Source: Candidatus Hopanoidivorans cymbastelae (GTDB lineage: Bacteria > Actinomycetota > Acidimicrobiia > Acidimicrobiales > Hopanoidiivorantaceae). From it: 64,000 bases of DNA. A program made the translations under genes and the position numbers. Under the pieces are notes generated by a model. It was not told where the DNA came from. It ran no database searches and was given only the letters and a program-made list of their open reading frames with translations. The number at the start of each line of letters is the position of its first letter. The stretch's first letter is position 1. Positions 10,087 through 20,249 of this stretch are shown here, piece after piece. The stretch covers positions 11,672-75,671 of the forward strand of contig JAPYNY010000012.1 of assembly GCA_028283145.1 (NCBI GenBank), read 5' to 3'.

Positions 10087-11436
10087 CTAGGGAGTTGTAA
10101 TCTTAACCCTGGCTATCCGCTGGCCAACTATGCGTTCAACATGAAACAGACATCCCCCTATGGACAAGCTCTCCCCCTCCTGTGGCAGATGTCCGACGTG
10201 GGTAAAAATCAATCCGCCTATCGTTGCCCAATCTCCCTGGGGAAGTTCCTGATTCAAGACTTGCTCTATATCTTCTTGCGGAGCTCGCCCATTGACTCTG
10301 ATACCACCTTCAGGCAGGCGTTCAATCAGCGGCTCCTCAATATCAAATTCATCAGTGATTTCCCCAACTAGCTCCTCGATTAAATCTTCCAAAGTTACCA
10401 GTCCGGCAGTTCCACCGAATTCGTCAATCAGCACTGCCAGATGCACACGCTTTTCCTGCATTTCACGCAACAGATCGCCAGCGGGTTTGGTATCGGGAAT
10501 TAAAATCACAGGTCGCAGCACCGTGCCAACGGTGAGTTCGCTGGCCAACTCGGCTGCCGTCTCCCTGTCCAACTCGGCTGTGGTCTCTCCACCCGTCTCC
10601 CTGTCCAACTCGTCAGCCAACTCGTGATTTGGAGTTTTGAATTTTCCATTTTGAGTAGCCTGCTGCCGCACGGCCAGCATTAAATCCCGGGTGTGGACCA
10701 CTCCGATTACGTGGTCGGCGCCTTTGTCCACCACAGGAAAGCGGCTGAACGCAGTTTTAAGCGAATCCTCCAAGGCATCTTCAATGGTCTGATCCTTATT
10801 CAAGGTAACCATATCGGTGCGTGGCACCATAACTTCGCGAGCTGTTACGTCCCCAAAACGCAAGATGGCTTGAATCAAGTCTCTTTCCTCTGTCCCGATC
10901 GAAGCATCGGCTTCGGCTTGTTCAGCTAGAGCAAGAAGTTCCTCTTCGGAGACAATAGGTTTGGCATTGGAATTCCCGTTACCTGCATAAATTCGGCTCA
11001 GTTTGGCCACCCAACCAAACATCGGAGCTTTTGAAACGAACTTCAAGGGAGCAGCTAAAAACAGCGGCAGCATTTTTGGGTTGCGCAGAGCAGCCAGCTT
11101 GGGCAATAGCGAGGTAAGCAGATAAGACACCAGCACAGCGATGCCCATAGCTAGCCAAAAACCTCCAACTCCCCAGCGGTCAAAAGCAAAATACCCAACC
11201 AGTGCTATGGCCGAAATACGATTGAACACCGTAAATAGCAGAACTCCGGCCAAAGCCTGAGAACGGTTGGCCAGCACTTCGTTGAGCTTTTGAGCCCGCT
11301 TATGGCCCTCATCGGCCAGAGCTTCAATTTTGGCTTTGCTGACGGAAGTCAGCCCTGTCTCCAAAGCCGCCGACAAAGCTGCCAAGCCAGCTAGGAAAAC
11401 GGTGCCAATTACAACAGCAAGTGCCTCAAGACTCAA
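10087..11436 (-). CDS. Hemolysin-family CNNM/CBS/CorC protein
   Basis: N-terminal TM domain, AREVMVPRTDM, DEFGGTAGLVTLEDLIEELVGEI, C-terminal CorC-like domain. Confidence 0.93.
   Translation of the reverse strand: MSLEALAVVIGTVFLAGLAALSAALETGLTSVSKAKIEALADEGHKRAQKLNEVLANRSQALAGVLLFTVFNRISAIALVGYFAFDRWGVGGFWLAMGIAVLVSYLLTSLLPKLAALRNPKMLPLFLAAPLKFVSKAPMFGWVAKLSRIYAGNGNSNAKPIVSEEELLALAEQAEADASIGTEERDLIQAILRFGDVTAREVMVPRTDMVTLNKDQTIEDALEDSLKTAFSRFPVVDKGADHVIGVVHTRDLMLAVRQQATQNGKFKTPNHELADELDRETGGETTAELDRETAAELASELTVGTVLRPVILIPDTKPAGDLLREMQEKRVHLAVLIDEFGGTAGLVTLEDLIEELVGEITDEFDIEEPLIERLPEGGIRVNGRAPQEDIEQVLNQELPQGDWATIGGLIFTHVGHLPQEGESLSIGGCLFHVERIVGQRIARVKITTP
10557..10612. repeat. In-frame direct repeat: 20 bp identical, 36-bp period (ELDRET twice)
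   Basis: ccgtctccctgtccaactcg at 10557-10576 and 10593-10612. Confidence 0.9.
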
Positions 11437-12050
11437 GGTTTTCGCTTGCTCCCTTGGGTTGCCAGCGGCAACTGTCTCGTGTCGCCAAAGTAGTTGGCCA
11501 GGTAGGTTTGTTGAAGTTCAAACATCAGGTCGTGAGCTTCAGTAGTGTCGTGGTCGTATCCGCAGACATGAAGGGTTCCATGCACAACCAATAGGGCAAT
11601 CTCTGCTGAGGTTTCATCAAAATCGGGTTGGCTAAGGCGGACTGGTCGGCTCAGGGAATTGGGGCTGTGCCTATATTTTATGGCATTATGATAAGCCACT
11701 TCAGGACTTATGACCACATCTCCAAGCAGACAGGGAGCGGGCCGTGGTGGATGGGGAGCGGGCCGTGCCGACTGGTTGCCTGACAGCCAACTGTCATCGA
11801 TAGGGAAGGCCAGCACATCTGTAGGTTCGTTGTGTCCCATGTGTGTCAGGTTCAGTTCAGCTATTTTCTGCTTGCTGACGAAAGTCAAACACATTTCCGA
11901 TGCTTTGGGCGCCATTTCCCAAGACAAGACTCGTCTGGCTAAGTCCGCCCACAGTGGCTCCTCGATGCGCCAAAAAGATTGCTGATTTGCGACTGTAACA
12001 AGATAGTCGTCAAGTGAGCAACTGTTGTCAGCGGAATGGGACAACTTCAT
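11433..12050 (-). CDS. ybeY: rRNA maturation RNase YbeY
   Basis: PTDVLAFP, LGDVVIS, HGTLHVCGYDH. Confidence 0.95.
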   Translation of the reverse strand: MKLSHSADNSCSLDDYLVTVANQQSFWRIEEPLWADLARRVLSWEMAPKASEMCLTFVSKQKIAELNLTHMGHNEPTDVLAFPIDDSWLSGNQSARPAPHPPRPAPCLLGDVVISPEVAYHNAIKYRHSPNSLSRPVRLSQPDFDETSAEIALLVVHGTLHVCGYDHDTTEAHDLMFELQQTYLANYFGDTRQLPLATQGSKRKP

Positions 12051-13003
12051 TTTTGCCTTTGGGTTGACTTTTTGGAGTATTGCTCATAGGCGCCAATGAT
12101 GCGCTCCACCACAGGATGTCGCACCACATCACCCCTGCCAAGGCTGATGAAAGCCAACTCATCTATCCCGCTCAGGATTTTATCCAGTCCCACCAAGCCG
12201 CTTTTACCACCGGGAACATCAATTTGAGTGATATCCCCCGTTATGACAGCCTTGGATTTGAAACCGATTCGAGTCAGAAACATCTTCATCTGCTGAGGTG
12301 TGGTGTTTTGGGCTTCGTCTAGGATAATAAAGCTGTTGTTCAGGGTTCTGCCGCGCATGAAAGCCAGCGGAGCTACCTCCACGGTCTCCTGATCCAGCCA
12401 GCGCTGGGCCAACTCGCGATCTACCATGTCAAATAGGGCGTCTTTGAGAGGCCTCAGGTAGGGATCTACTTTTGAAATCATGTCGCCGGGCAAAAAACCC
12501 AACCGCTCCCCTGCTTCCACAGCTGGACGGGTCAAAATGATGCGCTCTACTTCCTTGGCAGACAGGGCTGCCACAGCCAAAGCCACAGCCAGCCAGGTCT
12601 TGCCCGTACCAGCTGGCCCGATGGCAAAAGTGATGACGTTGCTGCGGACTGTGTCCACGTAGCGTTTTTGCCCCCTGGACAAGGGATAGACTGGCTTGCC
12701 TTTGCGAGTCCGGGTGATCTCAGCAGTCAAAACCTGGCTGGGTCGCTCTTGCAAGCCGACCATGTCAATGGTTTGAGAAATGCTGCGGGTATCCGGATTA
12801 TGCCCGCTTTGGATCAGAGATATCAACTCTTCAAAGACATTGGCTACCTGAGCGGCTCTATTGCCGTTGACTTCTACTTGGTTGCCGCGAACGTCTATAT
12901 CGGTGTCGGGAAAAGCAGCTTGAATCTGGCGAAGGTTCTCGTCCCGCTCACCTAAAAGCCCTGCCATCAGGGTGTTGCCGGGTACAACTATTTTGGTAGC
13001 CAA
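12047..13003 (-). CDS. phoH: PhoH family ATPase
   Basis: GPAGTGKT, LTRPAVEAGERLGFLPG, AFMRGRTL, DEAQN. Confidence 0.95.
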   Translation of the reverse strand: MATKIVVPGNTLMAGLLGERDENLRQIQAAFPDTDIDVRGNQVEVNGNRAAQVANVFEELISLIQSGHNPDTRSISQTIDMVGLQERPSQVLTAEITRTRKGKPVYPLSRGQKRYVDTVRSNVITFAIGPAGTGKTWLAVALAVAALSAKEVERIILTRPAVEAGERLGFLPGDMISKVDPYLRPLKDALFDMVDRELAQRWLDQETVEVAPLAFMRGRTLNNSFIILDEAQNTTPQQMKMFLTRIGFKSKAVITGDITQIDVPGGKSGLVGLDKILSGIDELAFISLGRGDVVRHPVVERIIGAYEQYSKKSTQRQK

Positions 13004-13011
13004 ACTTGCTC

Positions 13012-13923
13012 TCAGTTAGGGTCTTGAATTGGGTCGGGCAGGTTTTTCAGTGGCTTAGCCAGATTTTCTGCAGGAACAACTGAGTTCTCTACAAGCGTTG
13101 AGTTTTCTGCCAGCTCAACCGGATTAACTTCGTGTGGCGTCATCTTGAAGGCTCGCTGCAACATCCGCGTAGCTATCAACAACAGCAGTATTCCGAAAAG
13201 CACCTGGCCAAGGGTTTCGCTCAGCCAACTGGATACCCAAGCGCCTACCAGAGCTAGGGGTATGCCTCCCAGTCCAGCTGCTGTGCCTATCCTAAAGTCT
13301 ATGTTTTCAAGTTTGTAGTTGCGATATGTACCAATCAGGGCGGTTGGTACAATCACCAGCAGGGAAGTGCCTTTGGCTACCACCGATGAAAAATCTAGCA
13401 AGAGGATAAAGACAGGCACCATAACCACTCCCCCGCCAATGCCTAGCAAGCCAGACAGCGTGCCGACGAAAATTCCCGTCAACACAAAGGTGAGCGCTAC
13501 TAGAAAACTAAAGTCATAGCCGTCGGCGACATTGACACTGCCCAGAATTAGTCGCCCAGCGCCCAGCAACATCACCAAGACAAAAACAAACATCAGCAAT
13601 CGCAGGTTGATTTTTGACAACAACTTGGTGCCCAGCAGCACGCCCCAAAAAGAGCCGGCAAAAACCAGCGGGGAGGCCACCCAGTTGACAGATCCATCCA
13701 GAATATAAATCAGAACCCCTGAAGACGCCAAGAAGACATTGGGCAACAGTGAAGTGCCATGTGCCAACCGCTGCGGAAGCTTGGCAAACAGTATGAAGGC
13801 CGGCACTAGTAAAACCCCTCCCCCAATGCCAAAGAGACCTGAAAGAAAACCGACAAAAAACCCAGTCAGAACGGCTAGACCGTCAGTTTTGGTGAGGTTA
13901 GGTAACTTTGAGCTAAGAGACAA
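13012..13923 (-). CDS. TauE/SafE (TSUP) family membrane transporter
   Basis: Two G(F/T)LSGL(F/L)GIGGGV..VP repeats, each followed by A(H/K)GTSL. Confidence 0.9.
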   Translation of the reverse strand: MSLSSKLPNLTKTDGLAVLTGFFVGFLSGLFGIGGGVLLVPAFILFAKLPQRLAHGTSLLPNVFLASSGVLIYILDGSVNWVASPLVFAGSFWGVLLGTKLLSKINLRLLMFVFVLVMLLGAGRLILGSVNVADGYDFSFLVALTFVLTGIFVGTLSGLLGIGGGVVMVPVFILLLDFSSVVAKGTSLLVIVPTALIGTYRNYKLENIDFRIGTAAGLGGIPLALVGAWVSSWLSETLGQVLFGILLLLIATRMLQRAFKMTPHEVNPVELAENSTLVENSVVPAENLAKPLKNLPDPIQDPN

Positions 13924-15588
13924 TTAGCTCACCATTTCGCGCAACTGAAATTTCAGTACCTTGCCTGAAGCGTTAGTCGGAAGCTCGGGTAAAAAGATTA
14001 CTTTTTTGGGAACTTTGTAGTTGGCCATCTGCGTTTTGCACCAGTCTAGGAAATCTTGGTCATTAATTTGATGGGGTTCCCCGCTTGAGTGCAATTTGGG
14101 AACCACAAAGGCTGCGCAAACTTCACCCATCCGCTCATCCGGCGTTCCCACTACAGCCACTTGGGCCACGCTTTCGTGTGCCAAAATCAGATTTTCTATT
14201 TCAGCGGGATAGGCGTTGAAACCACCGACTATGAACATATCCTTCTTTCGGTCGGTTATGGCAATGTAGCCTTGGGCGTTCATGACGCCTATATCACCTG
14301 TGTGCAACCAGCCTTCAGAATCAATGGCCTGTAGGGTAGCTTCTGGGTCACCGAAATAACCTTGCATTACGTTATAGCCTCTGACCAGCACCTCACCAGC
14401 TTGGCCCCTTGGCAACTCAAAGCCGTCATCGTCGGCGATACGCACTTCAACGCCAGCAATGGCGCACCCAGATGTGGTGGCTATGGTTTCAGGATCGTCA
14501 TCGTGGCGACACATCGTGGCAATAGCTGAACTTTCTGTCAAGCCGTAGCCGGTTACCACCGTCTCAAAGCCGAGATGGTCCCGCATTTGGCGAATCAACT
14601 CAACTGGAATAACGGCTGCTCCGGTTACCGCCAGACGCAAAGAAGTCAAGTCAAAGTCGGGCAGTTGCGGGTGGTTGAGGATGCTTTGGTACAAGGTGGG
14701 TGGCCCAGGCATCACGCTGATGCGGTGGATAGCAACCTTGCGCATGACCTTTTCAACGTCAAAGACGGCATGCGGGTAGATGGCACATCCCGCCATTATA
14801 GAAGCCAACCAACCCGCCTTATAGCCGAAGCCATGGAAAAAAGGGTTGACGACGAGATAGCGGTCAGAACTGGTCAAGCCCACTAGATCGCTCCAGACCT
14901 TATAACCTCTGAGTGACTGGGCATGGGTGGTCATAACCCCTTTGGGCATGCCAGTAGTGCCTGAAGTAAACAAGATATCTGAAAGATCCTGGCTGCGGCG
15001 AGCGTTGATGCGGGCTTGGAGTTCAGCATCTGAAACACGTTCGGCACGAGACAAAAAATCTTGCCAACTTGTAAGCGCCCCGATCACCTGGGCAACTCCG
15101 CTAGGTGTTGCATCCAAAGACACAATCTCTGCTAACTCTGAGAGTCCTTTGACTGGAAGGTCAGCCGTAGCTGGGCCGTGAGCTTGCCCCAACAGATCCA
15201 CGTAGTCGGTGTCAAGGAAGTTTTGAGTGCATAGCAGCATTGAAGCACCGCTTTTTTGAATGACAAAACCGGCCTCACGCCCTTTGAAACGAGTATTCAA
15301 TGGCACTAGTACGGCACCAGCAGCTTGCAACCCTATGGCCGCTATGATCCATTCCGCCATGTTGGGCGCCCAGACAGCCACGCGATCATCTGGCTCAATG
15401 CCCGAAGCGATGAAGGCTTTGCCAGCTCGTTCCACCGCAGCTTGAAGTTGGTTGTAACTGAGTTGCTTATCTCTATCAGTGTCGGCTATGGCCACAGCAT
15501 CTGGCTGTTCTTGCGCCTTGGTTTGCACCAGCTTGGGAATGGTTTCCCAGAGCAGGTCTCCACGAGTTGTATCAGCTGAGTTCGTCAT
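13924..15588 (-). CDS. FadD3-family acyl-CoA ligase
   Basis: ILFTSGTTGMPKG, NPFFHGFGYKAGW, GYGLTE, WLHTGD, DRKKDMFIVGGFNAYPAEIE; start set at ATG 15588. Confidence 0.9.
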   Translation of the reverse strand: MTNSADTTRGDLLWETIPKLVQTKAQEQPDAVAIADTDRDKQLSYNQLQAAVERAGKAFIASGIEPDDRVAVWAPNMAEWIIAAIGLQAAGAVLVPLNTRFKGREAGFVIQKSGASMLLCTQNFLDTDYVDLLGQAHGPATADLPVKGLSELAEIVSLDATPSGVAQVIGALTSWQDFLSRAERVSDAELQARINARRSQDLSDILFTSGTTGMPKGVMTTHAQSLRGYKVWSDLVGLTSSDRYLVVNPFFHGFGYKAGWLASIMAGCAIYPHAVFDVEKVMRKVAIHRISVMPGPPTLYQSILNHPQLPDFDLTSLRLAVTGAAVIPVELIRQMRDHLGFETVVTGYGLTESSAIATMCRHDDDPETIATTSGCAIAGVEVRIADDDGFELPRGQAGEVLVRGYNVMQGYFGDPEATLQAIDSEGWLHTGDIGVMNAQGYIAITDRKKDMFIVGGFNAYPAEIENLILAHESVAQVAVVGTPDERMGEVCAAFVVPKLHSSGEPHQINDQDFLDWCKTQMANYKVPKKVIFLPELPTNASGKVLKFQLREMVS

Positions 15589-15610
15589 GGCAATGCCAGG
15601 CTCAATTTGC

Positions 15611-16474
15611 CTAGTTGGGTTCAGGAGCCGATACGGGAGCAGCTCCGGTGCCAAAACGTCCTTTGATGCAAAGATGACCGTGCGAAACTTCGTGGTCGGC
15701 AGGTGAAGTTACCCTGACCACCGTTTCATCTTGGGCCAAAATCTCAAGGTTGCAACCCACCCCGCAATATGGGCAGACAGTTCGGGTAGTAGCTTGTCTG
15801 GACTCGTCCCACTCCCCCGATTCCCGCATTTCAAACTCGATATTAAAAATGAGCGCGCCAGTCGGGCAGACGCCAATACAGTTGCCGCAATAGACACATG
15901 CGGAGTCGGGCAAAGGAATGTCAAACTCAGTTGCGATTGTGGCGTCGAAACCGCGGTTGGCCACGGTAATGGCAAATGAATGCTGAGCTTCCACGCCACA
16001 GGCCTGAACGCATTTATAGCACAGCACACACCGGGCATAATCACGCACGTAGAGAGTATCTTGCAGTTTAGCGGCTTGAGACACGGTGGCAGCGGCTGGG
16101 CCGTGTCTGGATGGGTCAGCTTCATAGTCAGTCAGCCAGGCTTGCATATCTGTATCAGCTCTGGCAAGATCTACCGAGGAACTAAGCAGCTCCAACACCA
16201 TTTTTCGGCTGGTGAGCACTCTGGCGCTGTTGGTGGAAATGGTCATGCCCTCTGAAACTTTTCTGGAACAAGCTGGTACTAGCGCTCTGGAACCCTCCAA
16301 CTCCACAACACAAATCCGGCAGGTATTTGCGGGGGTGAGATTTGAGGCAAAGCAGATGGTGGGCAAGTTGATGCCACTAGCCTGACAGACCGACAAAATG
16401 GTATCGTCTGGCGTAGCTTCACATTGGGCGCCATCAATCTCCAGCGAGATTTTCGAGTTGCTCTGGGGATTCAT
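15611..16474 (-). CDS. Stand-alone Fe-S subunit of formate dehydrogenase (2Fe-2S, 2x4Fe-4S and the molybdopterin-proximal 4Fe-4S domain)
   Basis: PTIC...CRICVVE...PAC; CVLCYKCVQAC; CVYCGNCIGVCP; TVCPYCGVGC...LCIKGRFG. Confidence 0.9.
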   Translation of the reverse strand: MNPQSNSKISLEIDGAQCEATPDDTILSVCQASGINLPTICFASNLTPANTCRICVVELEGSRALVPACSRKVSEGMTISTNSARVLTSRKMVLELLSSSVDLARADTDMQAWLTDYEADPSRHGPAAATVSQAAKLQDTLYVRDYARCVLCYKCVQACGVEAQHSFAITVANRGFDATIATEFDIPLPDSACVYCGNCIGVCPTGALIFNIEFEMRESGEWDESRQATTRTVCPYCGVGCNLEILAQDETVVRVTSPADHEVSHGHLCIKGRFGTGAAPVSAPEPN

Positions 16475-16496
16475 GGTTGGCTAATCTTAGCTGGTC

Positions 16497-18338
16497 TCAG
16501 ACCTTCAGCAAATTCAGCTGGATAGCTGAGCGAACAGCAGCGGCGGCAGTTTGCCCCAACCCGCAAATGGATGCATCGGTCATCACCGCATCCAGGTCGG
16601 CCAAGATATCTCGCTCATGGCTTTGCGCAGGGTTATCTCCTGGGGCAGGGTTGTCATTTTCAGCAACTGCTCTGAGCCGCTCCAAGGATTCTTTTTGGCG
16701 CACAGTGCCAACTCTGCAGGGCACGCACTGTCCGCAGGATTCATCCACAAAGAACTCCACGATATTAGCCATTAAATCAGCTATGTCAGCAGAATCAGGC
16801 ACCACTATGACTGCGCCGGAGCCCAGGGTCAAGTTGACTGCGCCGGTGTCTTCAAAGCTGAGGGGCACCGCAAGCTGTTCTGGGCCGACAAAAGCTCCAG
16901 CTGCCCCGCCCAACAGCACCAAGGGTTCAGCTTCGGCACCAGCTAGTTGCAGCAATTCCGAAAGAGTGGTCCCCAGCGGAACTTCATAAAGCCCTGGTTT
17001 GGCGCAAGCACCTGAAAGGCAGAACAGTCGCGTACCCTTGGAAGCTTCAGTGCCGACCTGAGCGAAAGCTTCACTGCCTTCAGTCAGGATTGGCAAAATA
17101 TTGGCAAATGTCTCAACGTTGTTGATCAGAGTCGGCTTGCCGAAAAGGCCGACTTCGGTTGGGAAAGGAGGTTTGCTTCTGGGTTCGCCTCGATAACCTT
17201 CAATGGAGTTGAACAAGGCAGTCTCTTCACCGCAGATGTAGGCCCCGGCGCCTCGTCGCAACTCCAGACTGAAGCTGAAGTCTGCCCCAGCAATATCGGA
17301 TCCCAAAAGCTTTGCTTCACTAGCTTCCAGACAAGCTTGAGCCAGAATTTGCATAGCAGCAGGATACTCGCTGCGGACGTAGATGTAACCTCGCTGTGCT
17401 CCTGTGACGTAGCCGGCAATGGTCATGGCTTCAATCAGCGCGAACGGGTCGTTTTCCAATAGAACTCTGTCCTTGAAGGTGCCTGGTTCTGACTCATCGG
17501 CGTTAGCTACCACATAGCGTTCGGTCTGGTCTGCTTGAGCTACCGCACGCCACTTTATGGCAGTCGGGAAAGCTGCTCCCCCCCGCCCGCGCAACTGAGA
17601 TTTTTCCAATTCGCCTAGAACCCACTCAGGGCCGCGTTGGATAGCCAACTCAAGAGCGTGGTAGCCTCCACTGGCTCGATAGCTGTCTAGAGTTGTTGGC
17701 GTGCTGTCCAGAATCCGCTTGAGGAGTTTAGGTTTCCCAAGGCTGTAGGCCAACGGAATCGAAGCTGGGCTATGCTCCGAGGGAGTTTTTTGCGCCAACT
17801 CGGGTGCTTCAACTGCTGTTTCAAGTCTGGCGGGATTGGCTTCAGGCACGCAAAACCGTTGCGCAACAGAACCGGCGCATTCCACAAAAGCCATTGGAGC
17901 CAACTCGCACTGACCCAGACACGGGCTTGCATGGACTGCGACTTCCGAAGACTCCAAGTTGGCACTGGTCTGTTCAAGCAGTTCTTCGGCACCCATAAAA
18001 CGACAGGCCATGTTGGTGCAAATGTGGATAGCTTTGTCGGGCTGTGGAGTGGTTGGCAGCAGCGCGTAAAAGGTTGCCACACCATAGATGTCGGCGCGAG
18101 GAATTAAAAGCTGTTCGGACAACTCCTCAACGGCCCCTTGGCTGATCCAACCCATTTGGTCTTTAAGAGCGTTCAGGGCTGGTAGCAACAGCGTGCGACG
18201 AGAGGCGCCTCTTCTGATGATGCGTTCAGACCCGTTTCCGGCAAAACTGCCACTAGTTGGCGCATGTGCCTTCAGTGCCTTGGCTATGGCAGCCAATTCT
18301 TGCTGAGTTGCCTCAACTGTGCGCTTAGTCAGTTCCAC
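16497..18338 (-). CDS. NuoE-NuoF-like fused NAD(H)/FMN diaphorase subunit of formate dehydrogenase
   Basis: ATFY..ICTNMAC..CLGQC (NuoE-like); LRGRGGAAFP, NADESEPGTFKDR, YICGEETAL, ESCGQCVPCRVG, SICGLG (NuoF-like). Confidence 0.93.
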   Translation of the reverse strand: MELTKRTVEATQQELAAIAKALKAHAPTSGSFAGNGSERIIRRGASRRTLLLPALNALKDQMGWISQGAVEELSEQLLIPRADIYGVATFYALLPTTPQPDKAIHICTNMACRFMGAEELLEQTSANLESSEVAVHASPCLGQCELAPMAFVECAGSVAQRFCVPEANPARLETAVEAPELAQKTPSEHSPASIPLAYSLGKPKLLKRILDSTPTTLDSYRASGGYHALELAIQRGPEWVLGELEKSQLRGRGGAAFPTAIKWRAVAQADQTERYVVANADESEPGTFKDRVLLENDPFALIEAMTIAGYVTGAQRGYIYVRSEYPAAMQILAQACLEASEAKLLGSDIAGADFSFSLELRRGAGAYICGEETALFNSIEGYRGEPRSKPPFPTEVGLFGKPTLINNVETFANILPILTEGSEAFAQVGTEASKGTRLFCLSGACAKPGLYEVPLGTTLSELLQLAGAEAEPLVLLGGAAGAFVGPEQLAVPLSFEDTGAVNLTLGSGAVIVVPDSADIADLMANIVEFFVDESCGQCVPCRVGTVRQKESLERLRAVAENDNPAPGDNPAQSHERDILADLDAVMTDASICGLGQTAAAAVRSAIQLNLLKV

Positions 18339-18341
18339 TGA

Positions 18342-20240
18342 TTATCCAACAGAATTGCTTGGCAGTTTGTCAATGCGAATAGCTGTGGCCTTGAATTCCG
18401 AAGTCCCCGACAGCGGGTCCCAATCGTCAGGCACCAAAACATTGGTGTCAACTTGGTCGGCAAAGTGCAAAGTCAAAAAAGCCAGTCCCGCCCTCAAACT
18501 GCCTGCAACCCGCACAGGAGCCGTAATGCTGCCCCGCCTGGAAGTAACCCGCACGCACTCCCCGTCTGACAGATTCAATTGCTCAGCATCAAAGGAACTG
18601 ATCTCCAAAGCTTCATCCAGCCGGAAAGGCGAACTATAGTTGCTTGACTGGACGCCTGTGTTATAAGAATCCAGTCTTCGCCCTGTAGTCAAGCGAATGG
18701 GGAACTCCTCATTGAGCTCATCTACCGGCGGGCGCCACTTTACAGCATTGAAAGGAGCTTTGGGCCCCGTAAAAGGTCGCTCCCAAAGCCGGCCATGCAA
18801 GAATTGGCTGCCTGGGTGATCTTCGCTGGGACAGGGCCAGCGGATACCGCCTAGTTCTTCCAAGCGTTGGTAGCTCATGCCCCGATGCATGCCAGACACC
18901 TGCCTGAGTTCGTCCCAGATAGCTTCAGCATCAGGCAAACCCCAGTTGGCTCCAAGTGCATCAGCTAGCCGGCACACAATGGTGATGTCGTCCAGAGCCT
19001 CTCCGGGGGGCAAAAGGGCCGGCCGCATAAGCTGGACACGGCGCTCACTGTTGGTGACCGTTCCAGCTGTTTCCGCAAAACTGGCAGCAGCCGGCAGCAC
19101 CACGTCGGCCATTGCGGCTGTGCGCGTCAGGTGAATGTCTTGCACTACGAGATGGTCCAGCCCCTCCAGCAGCTTGCGTGCGTGGGACACGTTGGCTTCT
19201 GAGTTGGCTGGGTTCTCCCCTATCACATAAAGGCAGCGCAACTCCCGGCGTTCCATGGCTTCAAACATCTCCGAGAGATGCCAACCAGGCTTTGGGGGGA
19301 TGTGTGCGCCCCAGATGCCTTCAACTCGTTGGCGAATTTGTTCGTCTTGGAGATCTTGAAAGCCTGGCAGTCGGTTGGGCAGGGCGCCCATGTCGCCACC
19401 GCCTTGAACGTTGTTTTGTCCCCGCAGAGGACACAGCCCCGACCCATAGCGCCCCACATGGCCGCAGAGCAAAGCCAAATTTATGAGCGAGAATACATTT
19501 TCCACTGCCGTGTGGTGCTCTGTGATGCCCAAGGTCCAACAAAGTTGAGCCTTGTGGGATGTGGCGTAGTCATGTGCCAGCTCAACTATGCCTTCAGCAG
19601 GTACGCCGGTGATGTTCTCGGCTGCCTGCGGTGTATAGGAGGCAACCGATTCAGAGTAAGCCTCAAATCCTTCAGTTGCGTGGTTGATGAATTCTTCGTT
19701 GTAGAGTTTCTGGCGTATGATTTCATGCCCGACAGCGTTGGCCAAGGCAATGTCTGAGCCAACGTCCAACCCCAGCCATAAATCGGCAAAAACAGCAGTG
19801 GGTGAGAATCTAGGATCAACCACAATGAGCTTGGCGCCGCGCCTTTGGGCTGCCAGCATGTGATGAAACATGATCGGGTGGGCTTCTCTGGCATTTGAAC
19901 CCCACAGGATTATCAGATCGGCGCAGCCGAGTTCTTCATATGAACTAGTGCCTCCCCCAGCTCCAAATACTGTCGCCAGACCGACGACGCTAGGGGCATG
20001 TCAAGTTCGGTTGCAGCTGTCTATATTGTTGGAGCCAACCACCGTGCGAGCAAATTTTTGGGCAATGTAGTTCAACTCGTTGGAAGCCTTGGAACATGAA
20101 AACATGCCAAAGCTCTTGGGGTCGGCTTGGCGAGCCTGATGTATACCCGTTGCAGCTCTATCCAGTGCCTCATCCCAGCTAGCTGGACGCAAGCCGTCTG
20201 CATCGCGTACTAGAGGAGTTGTGAGGCGTTGCTTGGACAC
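18342..20240 (-). CDS. fdhA: Selenocysteine-containing Mo/W formate dehydrogenase catalytic subunit (632 aa, Sec80)
   Basis: ORFs 20001-20240 and 18342-19871 are in one frame, joined through TGA 20001-20003: NNIDSCNRT-U-HAPSVVGLATVFGAGGGT...SNAREAHPIMF; catalytic LRGQNNVQG present. Confidence 0.93.
19972..19988 (-). promoter_or_regulatory. Putative SECIS hairpin of the FDH gene
   Basis: GUCGUC-GGUCU-GGCGAC stem-loop starting 12 nt after the UGA; GGUCU also occurs at the tip of the E. coli fdhF SECIS. Confidence 0.8.
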
Positions 20241-20249
20241 TCTTTTAGT

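Noticed and set aside
18342-20240. FDH as a nonsense-mutated pseudogene or two genes
   Set aside because: The only stop is a TGA at the catalytic Cys/Sec position and is followed by a SECIS-like hairpin.
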